The translations under genes and the position numbers were made by a program. The notes under the pieces were generated by a model. It had not been told where the DNA came from, made no database searches, and saw nothing but the letters and a program-made list of their open reading frames with translations. Shown in pieces: positions 63,002 through 64,000 of a stretch of 64,000 bases of DNA (position 1 is its first letter; every line of letters starts with the position of its first letter). The stretch covers positions 3,507 through 67,506 of the forward strand of contig CAIOAT010000029.1 of assembly GCA_903856085.1 (NCBI GenBank), in the 5' to 3' direction. Source of the DNA: Candidatus Omnitrophota bacterium (lineage in GTDB: Bacteria > Omnitrophota > Omnitrophia > Omnitrophales > Aquincolibacteriaceae).

Positions 63002-64000
63002 CTAAGCGGGCTTTCCTAGGTAAAACCCCTGGCCGTATTTGACACCGAGCTCCTTGAGTTTGTCGAGGTCTTCCTGGGTTTCAATGCCTTCCGCGATTAC
63101 TTCAGCGTTCAAATCTTCAGCGACCTTAAGAGTGCGGCGGAGGGAACGCTCCACGTGCAGGTCCTGGGCGATCCCGCGGATATACTTTTTATCAAGCTTG
63201 ATCACATCCGGCTCAAGAAGAATAAGGCTTTCCAAGCAGGTGTTACCGAACCCCACATCATCGACAGCGATCGAAATACCATGGCGTTTGAATTCTTCGA
63301 CGGGGCCGATCAGATGGGAGGGCTCTCCGAGGATCTGTTGCTCGCTGATCTCGAGGCAGTAGCTTTCGGCCGGACAGTTTACGGCCAGTTTTTCGACAAT
63401 CTCTTCTACGGCAAGATCAATCATCGTGGCCGGGAAGAGATTGATGTGGCGATGTATTCTGGAAGGAAGCGCTGCGGCGGCGGAGATGCAGGAACGGAAG
63501 CAATGATGGTCGACCAGGGTGAGCATGTTGTTTTCCATCGCGACGCGGAAAAATTCGTCCGGCATATGGACTCCGCTGTTCTTTAAACGGGAAAGGAATT
63601 CATAACCGACGATCGATTGGTCCGCGAGGCGCATGATCGGTTGTTTGAGCGCGAAGAAGTCGTTGCCATTCCGCATAAGCTCCGTTAAATGTTCTGAGTC
63701 GGAAATCTCCGCATGGCTTTCCGTCCCTTCGGGTAGCTGATAGGAAACCCGGTTCTTACCTTCGTTCTTGCTCTGTCTCAGGAAAGGGTCGGAAATGGCC
63801 AAGAGATCATCGACGGAGGTCGCATGATCCGGAACGGATGTGAGCCCGAAGCTTGCGGTGATCTTCAGCGTTTCTTTTTCTGAAAGGGTGACCGTGGTGT
63901 TCGATACCGCGAAGCGCAATCGTTCCGCAAGGCGGAGCCCCTCCTTGAGCGGGGTTTTGGGAAGTAACAAAAGAAATTCATCGCCGCCGATCCTTGCCAC
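63002..64000 (-). CDS. GGDEF-EAL domain protein. The C-terminal part is in the window, and the N-terminus lies beyond position 64000.
   Basis: The GGDEF motif is RIGGDEF. The EAL domain carries YEFLSRL, CLEISEQ, DDVGFGNT and EGIETQEDL. It is co-directional with and adjacent to the HK gene. Confidence 0.85.
   Translation of the reverse strand: MARIGGDEFLLLLPKTPLKEGLRLAERLRFAVSNTTVTLSEKETLKITASFGLTSVPDHATSVDDLLAISDPFLRQSKNEGKNRVSYQLPEGTESHAEISDSEHLTELMRNGNDFFALKQPIMRLADQSIVGYEFLSRLKNSGVHMPDEFFRVAMENNMLTLVDHHCFRSCISAAAALPSRIHRHINLFPATMIDLAVEEIVEKLAVNCPAESYCLEISEQQILGEPSHLIGPVEEFKRHGISIAVDDVGFGNTCLESLILLEPDVIKLDKKYIRGIAQDLHVERSLRRTLKVAEDLNAEVIAEGIETQEDLDKLKELGVKYGQGFYLGKPA

Overview
This window looks like the replication-origin neighbourhood of a bacterial chromosome, probably a diderm given the Omp85-type barrel, PilT and Rnf-like genes. 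A classic dnaA-dnaN-(DUF721)-gyrB-gyrA-serS block on the minus strand diverges from rpmH-rnpA-yidD-yidC-mnmG-parS-parA-parB on the plus strand across an AT-rich dnaA/rpmH intergenic region with DnaA-box-like 9-mers, which I take to be oriC. Downstream on the plus strand are housekeeping genes (polA, coaE, rho, rpmE, prfA, prmC, murA, rpsP, trmD, rplS, rnhB, yraN).

Four accessory blocks stand out. The first, at 1-10.3 kb on the minus strand, is a candidate glycan sulfation locus: PAPS-synthesis genes cysD and a cysN/cysC fusion sit directly upstream of two different PAPS-type sulfotransferases, a large two-domain glycosyltransferase and an unknown gene. Two further glycosyltransferases (GT92-like and GT2) and two tRNA-Ser genes lie next to serS. 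The second sulfotransferase and the big glycosyltransferase share a roughly 40-aa C-terminal module, and a decayed third copy is visible at DNA level in an intergenic region. The second block is a glycan-utilisation set: a solute-binding lipoprotein, a GH94-type phosphorylase, a secreted putative hydrolase and a ROK regulator. The third is a biotin operon (bioB-bioF-bioA-bioD) that carries an embedded elongating KAS, an SDR ketoreductase and a small secreted protein, but none of the known pimelate-synthesis genes. The fourth is a reduced Rnf-like set (rnfC, rnfD and two divergent RnfA/E-like proteins) with no rnfG or rnfB and with degenerate flavin motifs. I found no CRISPR arrays, transposases or integrases. 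All calls come from reading the translated ORFs and the DNA by eye, with no database searches.
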